DNA of 50,708 bases, counting the filler, from Jimgerdemannia flammicorona (taxonomy: Eukaryota): assembly GCA_003990765.1 (NCBI GenBank). It is 2 parts of 2 records of this genome, joined end to end, with 100 filler letters (N's around TTAATTAATTAA, not from the genome) between each part and the next. Parts side by side here need not be neighbours in the genome. Positions count along the whole stretch, not along the records: positions 25,405 to 50,708 come from RBNJ01000853.1; 1 more part is not named here. One strand, 5' to 3'. The translations under genes were made by a program, and so were the position numbers. Below the pieces are notes generated by a model. The model saw nothing but the letters and a program-made list of their open reading frames with translations. It was not told the DNA's origin and did not search any database. Positions 25,630-37,388 of this stretch are shown piece by piece. How positions within the stretch are numbered: the stretch's first letter is position 1; the number at the start of each line of letters is the position of its first letter.

Positions 25630-26458
25630 ATATATATTTCTATTATATATGATAGATATTACCAAAAAGAAAGATATATTACCCATATTTGTTATCTTTA
25701 ACTCTATTAAGTCTATTGTTACTGGTAATAATAATTATATCATTAACCCAAATACTAATAAAGACTATACTGCTATCATTATAATATTGGATATATATAT
25801 AATTATCTGCTTTACAGTAGATGAATCTATCATCAAGAAGATATTTATTAATCTTTTTATTCTACAATTGTGCTACTTGCTTAATATTATATATTTATAT
25901 AGTTTATATATAAGTTCACCTTTTTAATATTCTTACAGTTGATAGATATATAGTTTAGTATCTATGTTACTATTTAGAAATACTGTCTTAATATCTATTT
26001 GATGGATTTTTAGATTATATATATATGTAGTATACTAATTATAAGAAGTATTCTAAGAGAAGTAATCTTGAATATTAGTAAAAATGTCTTGTCATAATCT
26101 ATATCATAATTCTGCAAATTACTCTAAGTAACAAAATGAGCTTTATATCAGTCTATATTTTAGTCACTCTTGTGCTTAATTCTATTAACCTACTTGAATT
26201 CAATTATTAGGCAATTTTATAGAAGAGGTATGAGATTTCACATACTATTCTCAATAAGTAAATTATATTTCTCATTTATCATACATTCTTATTTTTTGTT
26301 ATCTTAGAATTATATGACTTTCTTATATTTATTTATCTCATCAGATTTTGCAATATATATCTATTTATATACTTCAGCATAGCTTATCTGATCTTGATAT
26401 TGCTATTATCTAGGGCTAACTAGTATATCTCAATAACTTCCTAATTTGGAATCAAACA
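25630..26458 (-). pseudogene. Ty1/Copia reverse transcriptase relic
   Basis: Minus-strand YKAHFVT*SNLQNYDIDYDKTF (YKARLVAxGF..GIDYxETF), HQIDIKTVFLNSNI, IYNIKQVAQL*NKKI (LYGLKQA), IWVNDII (YVDD). Confidence 0.85.
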
Positions 26459-29168
26459 TAGGGTTAGGCTTTAAGTAAGGATTTATTCATTATAGAGAAG
26501 ATAAGGAGTTATAAATAGCAAAGACTTCTAAGATGAGAAAAATAAAAAGAGAGCAGTGAAGTAATCAACTAGCTAAAAAGAACAAACCAAAGACCAGAGA
26601 GGTAACCACCTTATGGATAAACTGGAGAAACCTTTTAGTCATATCTATAAGGATAAAAAAATACAAAAATCAAAAAGAGAGAAGCTAAAATAAAATATAC
26701 AAAAGCTCAGCATCAACTGGAGACAATATTGACCCCAAACACTAAGTAACTAATATGAGATATATAACTCAATATACTCTCAACAATAAAGAAATATATG
26801 AAGGCAAATGAGGGGAAAGATTAAAATAAAAAAAATATGCAATTGCTCAATTACTTAAGTATCTTCATAATTTTGGTCAGATAGGATCTAACTGTAACAT
26901 GGTTACTTGAATTATACATAGCATCTATAGCATAATAGGTTATCTTATAAAGAGCATGAAGAGAGTAGATACAAAGTTCCTTTAACCATTCATCACTGGT
27001 GAACCAATTGAGTTGTTCATGACCAAGATTACCTTAGAAGACAGAATACAAACTGTTGAGAAGACTGCATCCATAGAGATAACTATGATGAAACTTATCT
27101 CCACAGAAGTAGAGGCAGGGTTGTCTAAAGTAGTTATAATACTAGACAAGAGCAGAGAGCATAAGTTGGGAGGAAAAGAAAAGGATATGATCAGTCCTCC
27201 ATGATTGTAAGCTACTATAGAGTGTGATGTACCAAATGACAGCCTGAGAAGAGAGGGCTCATTCCTATAGTAGCTGATCTCAAATGAAGGACTGGGGGAA
27301 GGATTAGAGTAAGTGAGTCTTACAGACCATCTCAGTACTAGTTGAGCCAAGAGGTTCAATATAAGAACTTATCAATGATAGAACCTAGGAGATGTATAAC
27401 AAAGCACTCTCTAAGAGGACCAATGGGGTTATTACCAGACTTACCACACTAATCCAAATAAGCTTAGAATATATAGCAGAGGTCTGATATATGATAAAGA
27501 AAAGAAGAGAGGCCAAGAATTAAACTGCAAAGTAAGGATTGGCTGGAAAATCCAACTGCCCAAGCAACATTATCATCGAAGACCTATTTGAGATATTTCA
27601 GCAACTGAAGCCCCATAGTAGTAGCTAGATAGGAAGCTTATAGAAGTAAAAGGTCATACTCTAGCTAAGGTCTAATGAAGATATATATAATAGCTAGCTT
27701 GACCATTAGCGACCAGAGGGGACTATAGATATAGTAGAACTCAAGAGTTCATTCTGCCTAAACTCTATTCTATAATATTAGACTGATAAAGTCAAATTTG
27801 TTATTAATGTATGGTATGCTCAGGTACACATAGAAAGAGGGTTGCAGATATGGCTTACCCACAATCAGAATAGTATAGTTGGCCAGGCCAACACAACTAT
27901 ACTTCTTGGGGTTAAGCTCTATATTATTTACTATAAGCCAATTCTCACAAACATTAATCATCCTCTGGTTCTCTGTAGTAGTACAGGAGATAAGAGTGAT
28001 ATTGTCAGTAAAGAAGAGCCTAAAGAGGAAGTTATACTTCTTAAACTACATATTAAAGAAGATGGTGAGAGGGTTAAGAATATATCAAAGAGCTAAGGAG
28101 AGAGAAGAGAGCCCTGAAAAAGACTATGCTCAGTGGGAACCAATGGAGTAACTAGGCCATTGATAACTAATTGATAGGAATAGTGGTTGAACAGACTTCT
28201 GATAATGCTAAGGAGGGCTGCATTGGCTCCTTGTACCTCAAGTTAGGAGAGAATAAGCTTGAGAGAGACTTGATCATATGTCTGCTGGAGATCAACAAAG
28301 GTATAGCAGTCTCATCTCTTAGCCATATCTTATGTGAGAGTAAGGTATAATAGAGAGATGAGAAGTGAATTCAGAAGCTACAATGGCAATATAACATTTC
28401 TGTCAAATAACTTTGGCTCTTGATATAGTCTTTCAAATACTACTCAAAGTATTTACAAAATATCTTGATAAAAGTGATAGTGTGAAAACTATCAATTATC
28501 TGAGACTCCTCTTTCTTGGAGACTGGGGAGATAATGGCAGAATTTCAGCAGCAGAGAGTAAGCCTCTAAACTATATATAGCTAGAAGAAGAAGAATAAGA
28601 TTTTCAACAAGCTGTAGAGGATATGCTTCTTACCTACTATTATCCAAAGGATCCAGATATGTAAGGAGTTAATACTACAGATCTTTGTGAGGTAATAGTA
28701 GTAAATGGCCCTCTAAACCATAGGTTGGTCAAATCAGGATAGTAGCCCAAGAGCCTTCACACTAAGAGAGAAAATGTCCTTAGAGTCATTGAGATGTAGA
28801 ATGGTATTCAGTTAGTTGAAGATAATCATAAAATAGGAAACTATATCATTAAACACCTAAGAACAGAGGAGTGAGATTAAAGAGAGGCAGGAGGAATAGA
28901 GTGATATGTTTGCTTAAAATTATAAATAGTATCAGAGACTGAGAATATATTATGAAAAAGGTTCTTTTATAAAAGTAGAACCACTCTAATTTCTCTAGCA
29001 TCATATGTGTCCTAAATGTTCTTTTAGATGGATAGTAGATTAGAGTAGAGGTCAAGAGAGAGTTAAGAGAATCCACTAATAGCTAGTAATTTTCTACAGA
29101 GTGAAAGCTGGAATATGATTATAAATAGAGTAGATAGACTTAATAATGATATTACAAATGATATCAAA
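26459..29168 (-). mobile_element. LINE family B copy 1, 5'-truncated just downstream of the APE domain, with a telomeric 3' tail
   Basis: RT motifs SLFQGSLLS and LFFTDNIT; colinear with 29184-31783; 3' end aataaatccttacttaaag followed by CCTAACCCTA. Confidence 0.88.
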
Positions 29169-32100
29169 AGGGTTAGGGTTAGGCTTCAAGTAAGGATTTA
29201 TTCATTATAGAGAAGAAAAGATATATCTGAGCAATAAATGGCAAAGACTCCTAAGATGAGAAAAGCAGAAAGAGGCCAGCGAAGTAAACAACTAGCTAAG
29301 AAGAATAAAACAAAGGCCAGAGAGGTAACCACCCCATGGATGGGCTAAATAAAACCATTTTGTCATAGCTATAAAGATAATAAATACAAAAAGCAAGAAA
29401 GAGAAAGGCTAAGATAAAATACACAAATACCTGGTGCCAACTACAGGAATAATATTGACACTTAAATACCAAATGACTGATATGAGATATATAACTCAAT
29501 GTACTCTCAACAATAAGAGAACCAACTGAGGTAAATGAGGGGAAAGAAAGAAGTGAAGAAAATGTGTAATTGCTTGATTACCCAAGCATCTTCATAATCT
29601 TGATTAGGCAGAACCCAACCATGAAGTGGCCACCAGAATTATATATAGCATCAATAGCATGATAGGCTGTCTAATGAAGAGTGTGTCGAGGATAGGTATA
29701 AAGTTCTTCCTGCCATTCATCATTAGTAAGCTAATTGAGCTGTTTATTACAATCAGAATTACATTGGAAAGCAGAATATAAACTAGCAGAAAGACTGCAC
29801 CTGAAGAGATAGCCATGATGAAACTTATCTCTACAGAGGCAGGGGTGGGGTTGGCCAAAATAGCTATAATACCAGGCAAGGGCAGAATGCATAAGCCAGA
29901 GAGAAAAGGAAAGGATACAGTCAGCTCTTCTGAACTGCAAGCAGCCTCTGGGGGTGATGTACTAAATGAGGGCCTGGAAGGAGGAGGCTCATTCCTGGAG
30001 CAGCTGATCCTAGAGGAATGACAGAAGGAAGAAACAGAGTAGATAAGTCTTGCAGAACTGAGAACAGAGATCCCAGTACTAGTTAAGAAGTTAAGCTAAG
30101 AGGTCTAATACTATAACTTATCAATAATAGAACCTGGGGGATGTGTGACAAAGTACTCACTGAGAGAGCTGATGGGGTTGTTGTCAGACTTGCTACACCA
30201 ATCCAGATAGGTTTGGAATATATAACAGAGGTCTGACATATGATAAAGAAAGGAGAGAAGGCTAAGAATTGAACTGCCAAGTAAGGGTCACCCAGAAAAC
30301 CTGATTGCCCAAGTGACAGCATTATTAAAAACCTGTTTGAGATACTTCAATACCTAAAGTCTTATGGTAGTTACTGGGCAGAAGGCTCATAGAAGAGGAA
30401 GGCCATACTCCAGCTGAGACCTAATGAAGATATGTATGATAGCCAACTTGACTATTAGTGACCAGAGGGGGCCCTAGGTATAGCAGAACCCAAGAGTTCA
30501 TTCTGCCTTCACCATATTCTACAATGCAAGACTGATAAAGTCAAACCCTTTATTAGTGTATGATATGCCTCGGTATATATAAGAGGGGGGTTGCAGGCAG
30601 GGCTCACCCCCAATCAGTCAGTAGAGCTAATATAACTATACTTCTTAGGGTTGAGTTCCATATCATTCACCAAGAGCCAATCCTTATAAAAGTCAATTAT
30701 CTTTTGCCCCTCCACAGTGGTGCAGGGGAGTGAGGGCAAAATCATTAGCAAAGAAAAGTCAATGAATACATCAAAAAGCTAAGAGGAGAGGAGAGAGTCC
30801 TAGAAGAGGCTGTACTCAGTAAGGACTGAAGAGGTGAAGAGGCCAGTGACAATAACCTGATAGGAACAGTGATTGAACAGACTTTTAATAATACTAAGGA
30901 GGGCTGCATTAGCTCCTCATTCCTCAAGTCAGGAAAGAAAGACCCATGTCTTATATAAGAGCAAGACATGGGAAAGAGATGAGAAGCAGGTGTAGAAGCT
31001 ACCTTGGCAGCATGACATTTCTCTCAGACCACTTCAGCTCTTGACATAGCCTTTCAAGCACTGCTTAAAGAGTCAGCAAAATATCTTGGTGAGAGCAATA
31101 GGGTGAAATCTATTAATTATCTGAGATTTCTCCTTGGGAACTTGAGTGATAATGATAGTATTCTAGTAGCAGAGAGTGAGCCCCCAAACTATACACATCT
31201 AGAAGAAGAAAGACAAGGCTTTAAAAAGACTACAGAGAGTATCCTTCTCACTCACTATTATCTAAAGGATCTGGATGTGCAGGGAGTCAGCCCCACAGGC
31301 CTTCATGAGGGAGTAGCTGCAGATGGCTCTCCAAACAGCAGATTGGTCAAACCAAGACTGTAGTCTAAGGGCTCCTATACTGAGGAAAAAGATGTCCTCA
31401 GAGTCATCAAGACATAAGGAGGTATCCAGCTAGCTGAAGATAGTAGTAAAATAGATAACTACATCATTATACACTGAGATAGCAGGGGAGTAAGATTTCA
31501 GAAGAGTGGGGGGGGGTAGAGTGATACACTTACTTGAAATCTCAAATAGCATTAGAGATCAAAGATATACTGCAAAGAAGGTCCTGCTAGGGAAGCAGTG
31601 CTGTCCTAATCTCTCTTACATCATATGAGCCCAGAATGTCCTCACAAATAGACTGCAGACCAGAAGTCAAAAGAGAGTCAAGAGAATCCACAAATTTTTT
31701 GTGATCTTTCAAAGAGCAAAAGCCAGTGATATAGTCCTGGACAGAGTAAATGGATCTGACAAATAGTATTACAAACAATATCTACTGATTCCCAGAGATA
31801 AGCTTGAATGACTGAATTATATTTCATAAAGTAGCAGCAGATACCAGCCAAGATAGGAACTAGTAAGAAAGAGAAGGAAAAAGAAACAGTGAGAAGGGAG
31901 GGGTAGTCAGTAGCAACAGGAGGGATAGAGCAGATGAGGGATACATAGAGAGATGTAGTGGCAAATACATGATCAATATATGTGGATCTAGCAACTGAGA
32001 TTAAGTAGTTCAATGATCATATTATCAAAGAGGTATCAATAATGTCCATCTAATCCTGAGGACCAGAGTTGATATTACCAAGATGGGCACCAAAGTGTAT

Positions 32101-32999
32101 ATTAATGTCACCAATCATAAGAGTCTTGTCTGAAAAGAGACCAGATATAAAATCATAAAAGCAACTAATGAGAAGAGAGAGAGAGACATAGAAACTGACT
32201 AATGCCAGCCCCTGGAATATGAGTTAGATATGGAAGAGGTTGGTGGAGAACTTAGAAATAAAAGAGACAAAATGGTTTAACATAAGGACCATGAGACCAC
32301 CATTCTGGTGATCCACAATCCTATACAATGCTAGAGAAGAGGACATATGAATAAGTAGAGAGAGATATAGTAGAATATATATGCTATATTTCACATATGA
32401 AAAGAATGTTAAGGGTAGGACCATTCAACTGACTGAGTATATCAAACTTGTTCTGAGTTAGTCCATGGACATTCAGAAACCTGACTCTCATTGTGGGCTA
32501 GGTGCATTAGTGCTAATACATGGAAAGTACTTGAGGAGGAAGCTTTGACTTCTAAATTCATTGCCATCTCCTCAGTCATAGCTACAGTATCATCTACCTT
32601 CAAAGTAGGGCTAGCCAATAGAGGGGCAAGGAAGGAGAGAGTGAGGCCAAGTTCCATGACTTATACCTTATAGAAGATCTGTATCTTGGGCCTCTTCATA
32701 GTAGTATTGACAAGCAACTACCAGATCTGGGTATAGAAGGATTGGAGGATCTATGTCTTTATGACCTCTATGGCATTCTTATTATGGGGAAGCACAGGAT
32801 CCCAGACTGAAAGCACTGAGAACCTAAGTACCTTTATCTTCTTTTAGAATACCATAATATAATTAGAGTATAAGAGAAATTCAATAATTGATATCAAAAT
32901 ATATGACATATTGAGGATATTGGACAATATTACATAGACATCATATAAGTTCTTCTGGATCTGCCTGATCTTGAGATGGGCAAATGTGTTGACATAAAT
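29169..32999 (-). mobile_element. LINE family B copy 2 (partial ORF1 + complete decayed APE-RT ORF2) with a telomeric 3' tail
   Basis: ORF2 ATG at 32491: MRVRFLNVHGL..NILFICEI*H, NGGLMVL, MIGDINIH, YIDHVF, ATDY (APE); FHPIALT, FFANDFAL (RT); ORF1 remnant 32999-32500; tail agggttagggttagg at 29169-29183. Confidence 0.9.
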
Positions 33000-33071
33000 G
33001 GTTAGGGGCAGGGCTAGGGGTAGGCTAGGGTTAGGGTAAGGGTTAGGGGTAGGGGTAGGGGTAGGGGTAGG
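33000..33071 (+). repeat. Interstitial telomere-like array (~12 TTAGGG/variant units)
   Basis: Visible TTAGGG, CTAGGG, GTAGGG, TAAGGG and GCAGGG units. Confidence 0.9.
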
Positions 33072-33135
33072 CTTCAAGTAAGGATTTATTCATTGTAGAG
33101 AAGACAAGATACATTGGAGCAACAAAAGACAAAGA
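33072..33135 (-). mobile_element. LINE family B copy 3, 3'-terminal ~64 bp only
   Basis: cttcaagtaaggatttattcattgtagagaag...caaaga matches 29184-29247. Confidence 0.88.
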
Positions 33136-33139
33136 TGTT

Positions 33140-36100
33140 GAATCAATGATCTTTGGAAATCTTTTGGGAGTCCTATTCTCTTCAATATTTCCTCCAGTCA
33201 TATATACTGAACTCTGTCATATCCCTTCTCTTGATCTAGAAAGACAAGTTAGCCATTTACCATAGTTGCATGAGTACTCTCAATGATACTATGAACCCAT
33301 GCCATCTTATCTCAAATCAACTACCCACTAACAAATCTCCTTTGCTCAGTCCCTAGTACCTACTGAGACACCTCTTATAGCCTAGCCACCAAAATATTCA
33401 TCACCAATTTACAATCCATATCTAGAGGTATGATCAGTCTCCAGTTCTTGCAATCCTCTCTCCTCACCTTATGCTTATACAACAGAGTGATAAGCCCTAG
33501 GCACTATCTCCCAATCCAGGACCCTGAGCTAATAACCTTATTATACATCTATATTATCTCCTCTAATACAACTGAAATGTTAGCCATCTTCTTCCAAAAA
33601 TCTCAAGACAGCCCATCCTCCCCAAGGGCCATCCCCATACTTGTCATTGCCAAGACTCAACATACTTTCTCTCTACTCACCATGCCTCTAAGTCTACTCA
33701 GGCCCATAACTGGGACCAGTTACCAATCCTCCAACTGACATCCAATGTCAAGGGCATCTTCTCCCCCCTTCTTCTCACTCTACAGCTATCCCTAGCAAGA
33801 CTACAATATGCCCAGGATCCTAGGTGTCTCAGTCATCATCTCTTCTGCCTCATCCAGCACTCCCTCCTACTACTGCTTTTCTTCCTTGTCTGTAGCAGTC
33901 TTGATAGGAATCTGGAGTAGGCCATTCTCTCTTCTCTACTCTCTACAATCTCAGCCAAGCTACCAACCCTTATATCTGTAATTTCTCCTCCTATCTCAGC
34001 AGGCTTTTCAGTTCATCAGTCTCCTGTTGAATTCTCTGAATCCTCCAATCCCCTACTCTGCCATCTTCTAATGATCCCACTCATCTCTCCAGTAAATATG
34101 CCAGCCTTTATGAGGCCCACTGAATACACCACCTCTGCTGTGCCCTCCCTCTCTCTCCCTGCCTCACCCCAGTACTTCTGAGCATCTGATTTCAACTATT
34201 ACTAATGATCTCCTTTCTCCAACCCCTGTGCCCTCCAGCCAACCACCTTAGTGCTAATCTCTACTACCCATTTTCTCTACAGAGCACTATTCCCCAGCAA
34301 TATAGTGTTCAGATGTCAGTATTAAGGCCCAACTCTACTACCCCCAAATTTTTCTCTGCCCAGCAACCCCCAGTGGTCAGACTAAGAGGACCAGACTGTC
34401 TCAATCTCACTCCAGACATCTGCACCCCAGCACTCAGCCATCAACACCCAGTCTATCTAGGATCTCTGTCCTACCACCCAGTGAGTATAAACCCTATGAT
34501 CAGCCCACCCAAGTCTCCTGGTATCCACCAAAGAACTCAGTCTCTCAATCTCCTCTCAGTCCTCCATCTCTCTACTTCTGCTTATCATACCCCTCCTTCC
34601 ATCTGTCCTATCCAATCTGCAATCATGTATTATATTAAAGTTACCCCACAGACTGTCAATCCCTGCCTCCACCAGAACACTGACCTCTCATAGACCCCAG
34701 ACTCAATCTACTTGTTCCCCCCTTTCCACCAAGCAATAGCATAAATCCACAGTCAGAAGACTCCAACCTAACCTCCTCTATACTCTCTACACCAATTAGC
34801 TCTCTGAATGTCCAATGTCCCCAATGTCCCCTGCCCCCTATCTGACAAGAATGCTCACTCAACCCTACCACACATTCCTTCATCCAGTCTAGTAAATTCA
34901 AGTCTGCATCATAATCCATGTCCTGCAGTAAGAAAAGATCTGCATCCAGCCCTTTCAATCAGCTAAAGAGATTCTGTCATCTTGTCATAACCCTCAGTCT
35001 ATTGATATTCAAAGAGAAGATTTTACTTATACTGTTCATAGTTAGCAAAGTTTTTCAAGAGAGAGTACCCATTCTACAATCCATGCTCATCCTATCACCT
35101 GCAAAATCTAAGTTTCTTTCTACTTCAACCTCATCTGCCTCTCCTTGCTGAGCCTCCAATACCACCAGGATCTCCTGATAGTCCACCCAATCTATAACCT
35201 CCATCTCTGACCAGTATTTCTTGCAATCCACTCTCCACTTTTCCTGCTCATTCCTCAGTCCCCATAGTAGGCCATATGATTATTCATAATTACTCAAAGT
35301 ACAGACTCCCTGGTATCATCCACTTGATAGGTTTCAGCCTCCAGTAGTACTACTATAATTTCATTATGGATTTTCCTTGGCACCTCCTCACCCTATAGAA
35401 TTTTATCCCAGTGCCTCTCACTTAGCACCTGAAAGTCCTCTCCCCCAACTCTTCTGCCACCACATTCTCCAGTATCTTCTACAGCCACTTCCCTTCATCC
35501 ACAGCTTCCTCAACTCCCTCAGCTACTGTCTCTGCCCCCTCTGCCTGCCCTTCCTTGGTGTTCCTCCTTTCCAACTTATCCCATTCCTCCACCAGCACAT
35601 CCTGCAATTCCTCCTCACCAGCAATCCCTCTAGACACTCTATACAGAGAGTACTCTCCCTCAACCATCTCCTCATCCTCTACAACTATATATACCCTGGA
35701 ATCTCCTCCCACTCTCTGGAACATCTCCAGGGTCACCTCTTTCTCCCTTATCCAGGTACTCACTAGCAAACCAGTCTCTCTAGTGGCAAACCCCTCTACC
35801 ATCCCCCTTCTTAACTTCACCAATAGCTTCTTTGGAATCTGCCTCACCTGTGTGTTTTCCCAGAGAACCTGGTCCATCCACACCTTCTTGTCATTGACTA
35901 CCTCAACCATCATTCTAGCCTTATACTCTTTCTAAGTCTTCTGCCTCCTCTTGACTGCCTCCATTATATCCTCCAGTATCTCTAGCAAGTCTGCCTCCTT
36001 CTTCTGAGTCTCCACCACTCTTGACACCATATATTCCATAGAACTCCACCTCAGCACTGCAGGCCAGTCCCTCTCTTTTTCAGTATTCTCCTTCTCTACC

Positions 36101-37043
36101 AGTCTTACTTGGATATCCCTATTACCAGTTCTGAGTTCTGTCCCCTCTCAGACTCAAAATCCAATATCCACAACATCCTCATACTCCTTGACTACATTGA
36201 CAACCAGCTGCCTAGCCTTCTCCTTCTTGACAGTCAGCAAGTCAGTTACCACCAGTTGCACCACCTTGGGGTCCCAGTGCATACACCTTATTATTGGAAC
36301 TGCCATTCCCCCAAAAACCAGCCCTTTCTCCAATATTACCAACAATATGTCCTCTTTCTCAAAACCTACCTCCATTGACTCAAACTTCTTCAGAAAATTC
36401 ATAGAGGGTGTACCTTTTACCTTCTTTGCCAGGAGTCTCAGCACTATCTTCAATATCACTGCCAGGCCTCAGGAGCACATTGTGACTCTGAATTCAAATC
36501 TCAACTTCTTGAGTAATGGTACTGCCACCAAACCTGATACACTATCTGCAAGATCTCCAGGCCTCATGCCCATCTCATAGCTTGGTGCACTATCAGCAGT
36601 CCCATCCTGATTTTTTTTTAGATTATCTGTCACACTCCCATCAGCTGTCACCCCTACAGCCACTACACTGCCAGCCCCTCTACCCTGGCCCCCCAGAGAG
36701 CTCTCATCTTCTCTCTAGCAGCTGTCATCCCTTTCTTTGACTCCAGCCATCCCTTCAGTTCCTTTGCCTGAGCTCCCATTTTGACCTTATCAGTAAATAG
36801 ACCATCTCATCCCCTGCTGCCTCAAACCACCTCTTTCACCACCACTAGCCCCACAGCTTCTCAGAGTGGTACTTGGCATCCCCAAACTTACCTCCCCACA
36901 TACTGCCAGTCAAAGGCACTAGGGCTGCCCTGCCCTGTATACTTCCCAGATTACTTATTTCTCATCACATTATTATTACCTTTTTAAAATATTGATTGAA
37001 GTATTGTCTGAAGTTTATATAATCTGAATATTACTGAAGAAAG
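33140..37043 (-). mobile_element. LINE family A copy lacking its 3' half (breaks inside RT)
   Basis: 5' motif at 37043; ORF2 start 35039 MNSISKIFSLNINRLR; RT LDQEKGYDRV at ~33240-33210, then an abrupt end. Confidence 0.88.
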
Positions 37044-37388
37044 GTTTTTAGATCTGGTCTTAACCATCTGCAGAACTGAATATTTGATTGAAGATTTTGT
37101 CAAGCTAAATCCAAGTTGTAATATATTAAGATAATATACAAAAAGTTCTTCTTCTTCATTAGTCAGAATAGTTTTAGGATCTGAATGATCAGATAATCTG
37201 GTTTTTAGAGCTTAATATAAAGTTTTTTCATTAATTCCAAATTGTCTAGTAATACTATAAATACTATGAGAAACTATTACACAATATTTTTGATGGCCTC
37301 TAATTGATCTGAACCATCTAATTGATTCAATTGAGCTCTATTTCAATTTGATTACATAGTAATAGAGTAGAGGTCAAAGCTGTACAAA

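Noticed and set aside
32844..33077. ORF beginning MKPTPTPTPTPNPYPNP
   Set aside because: Chimera of translated telomeric repeats and the truncated LINE B ORF1.
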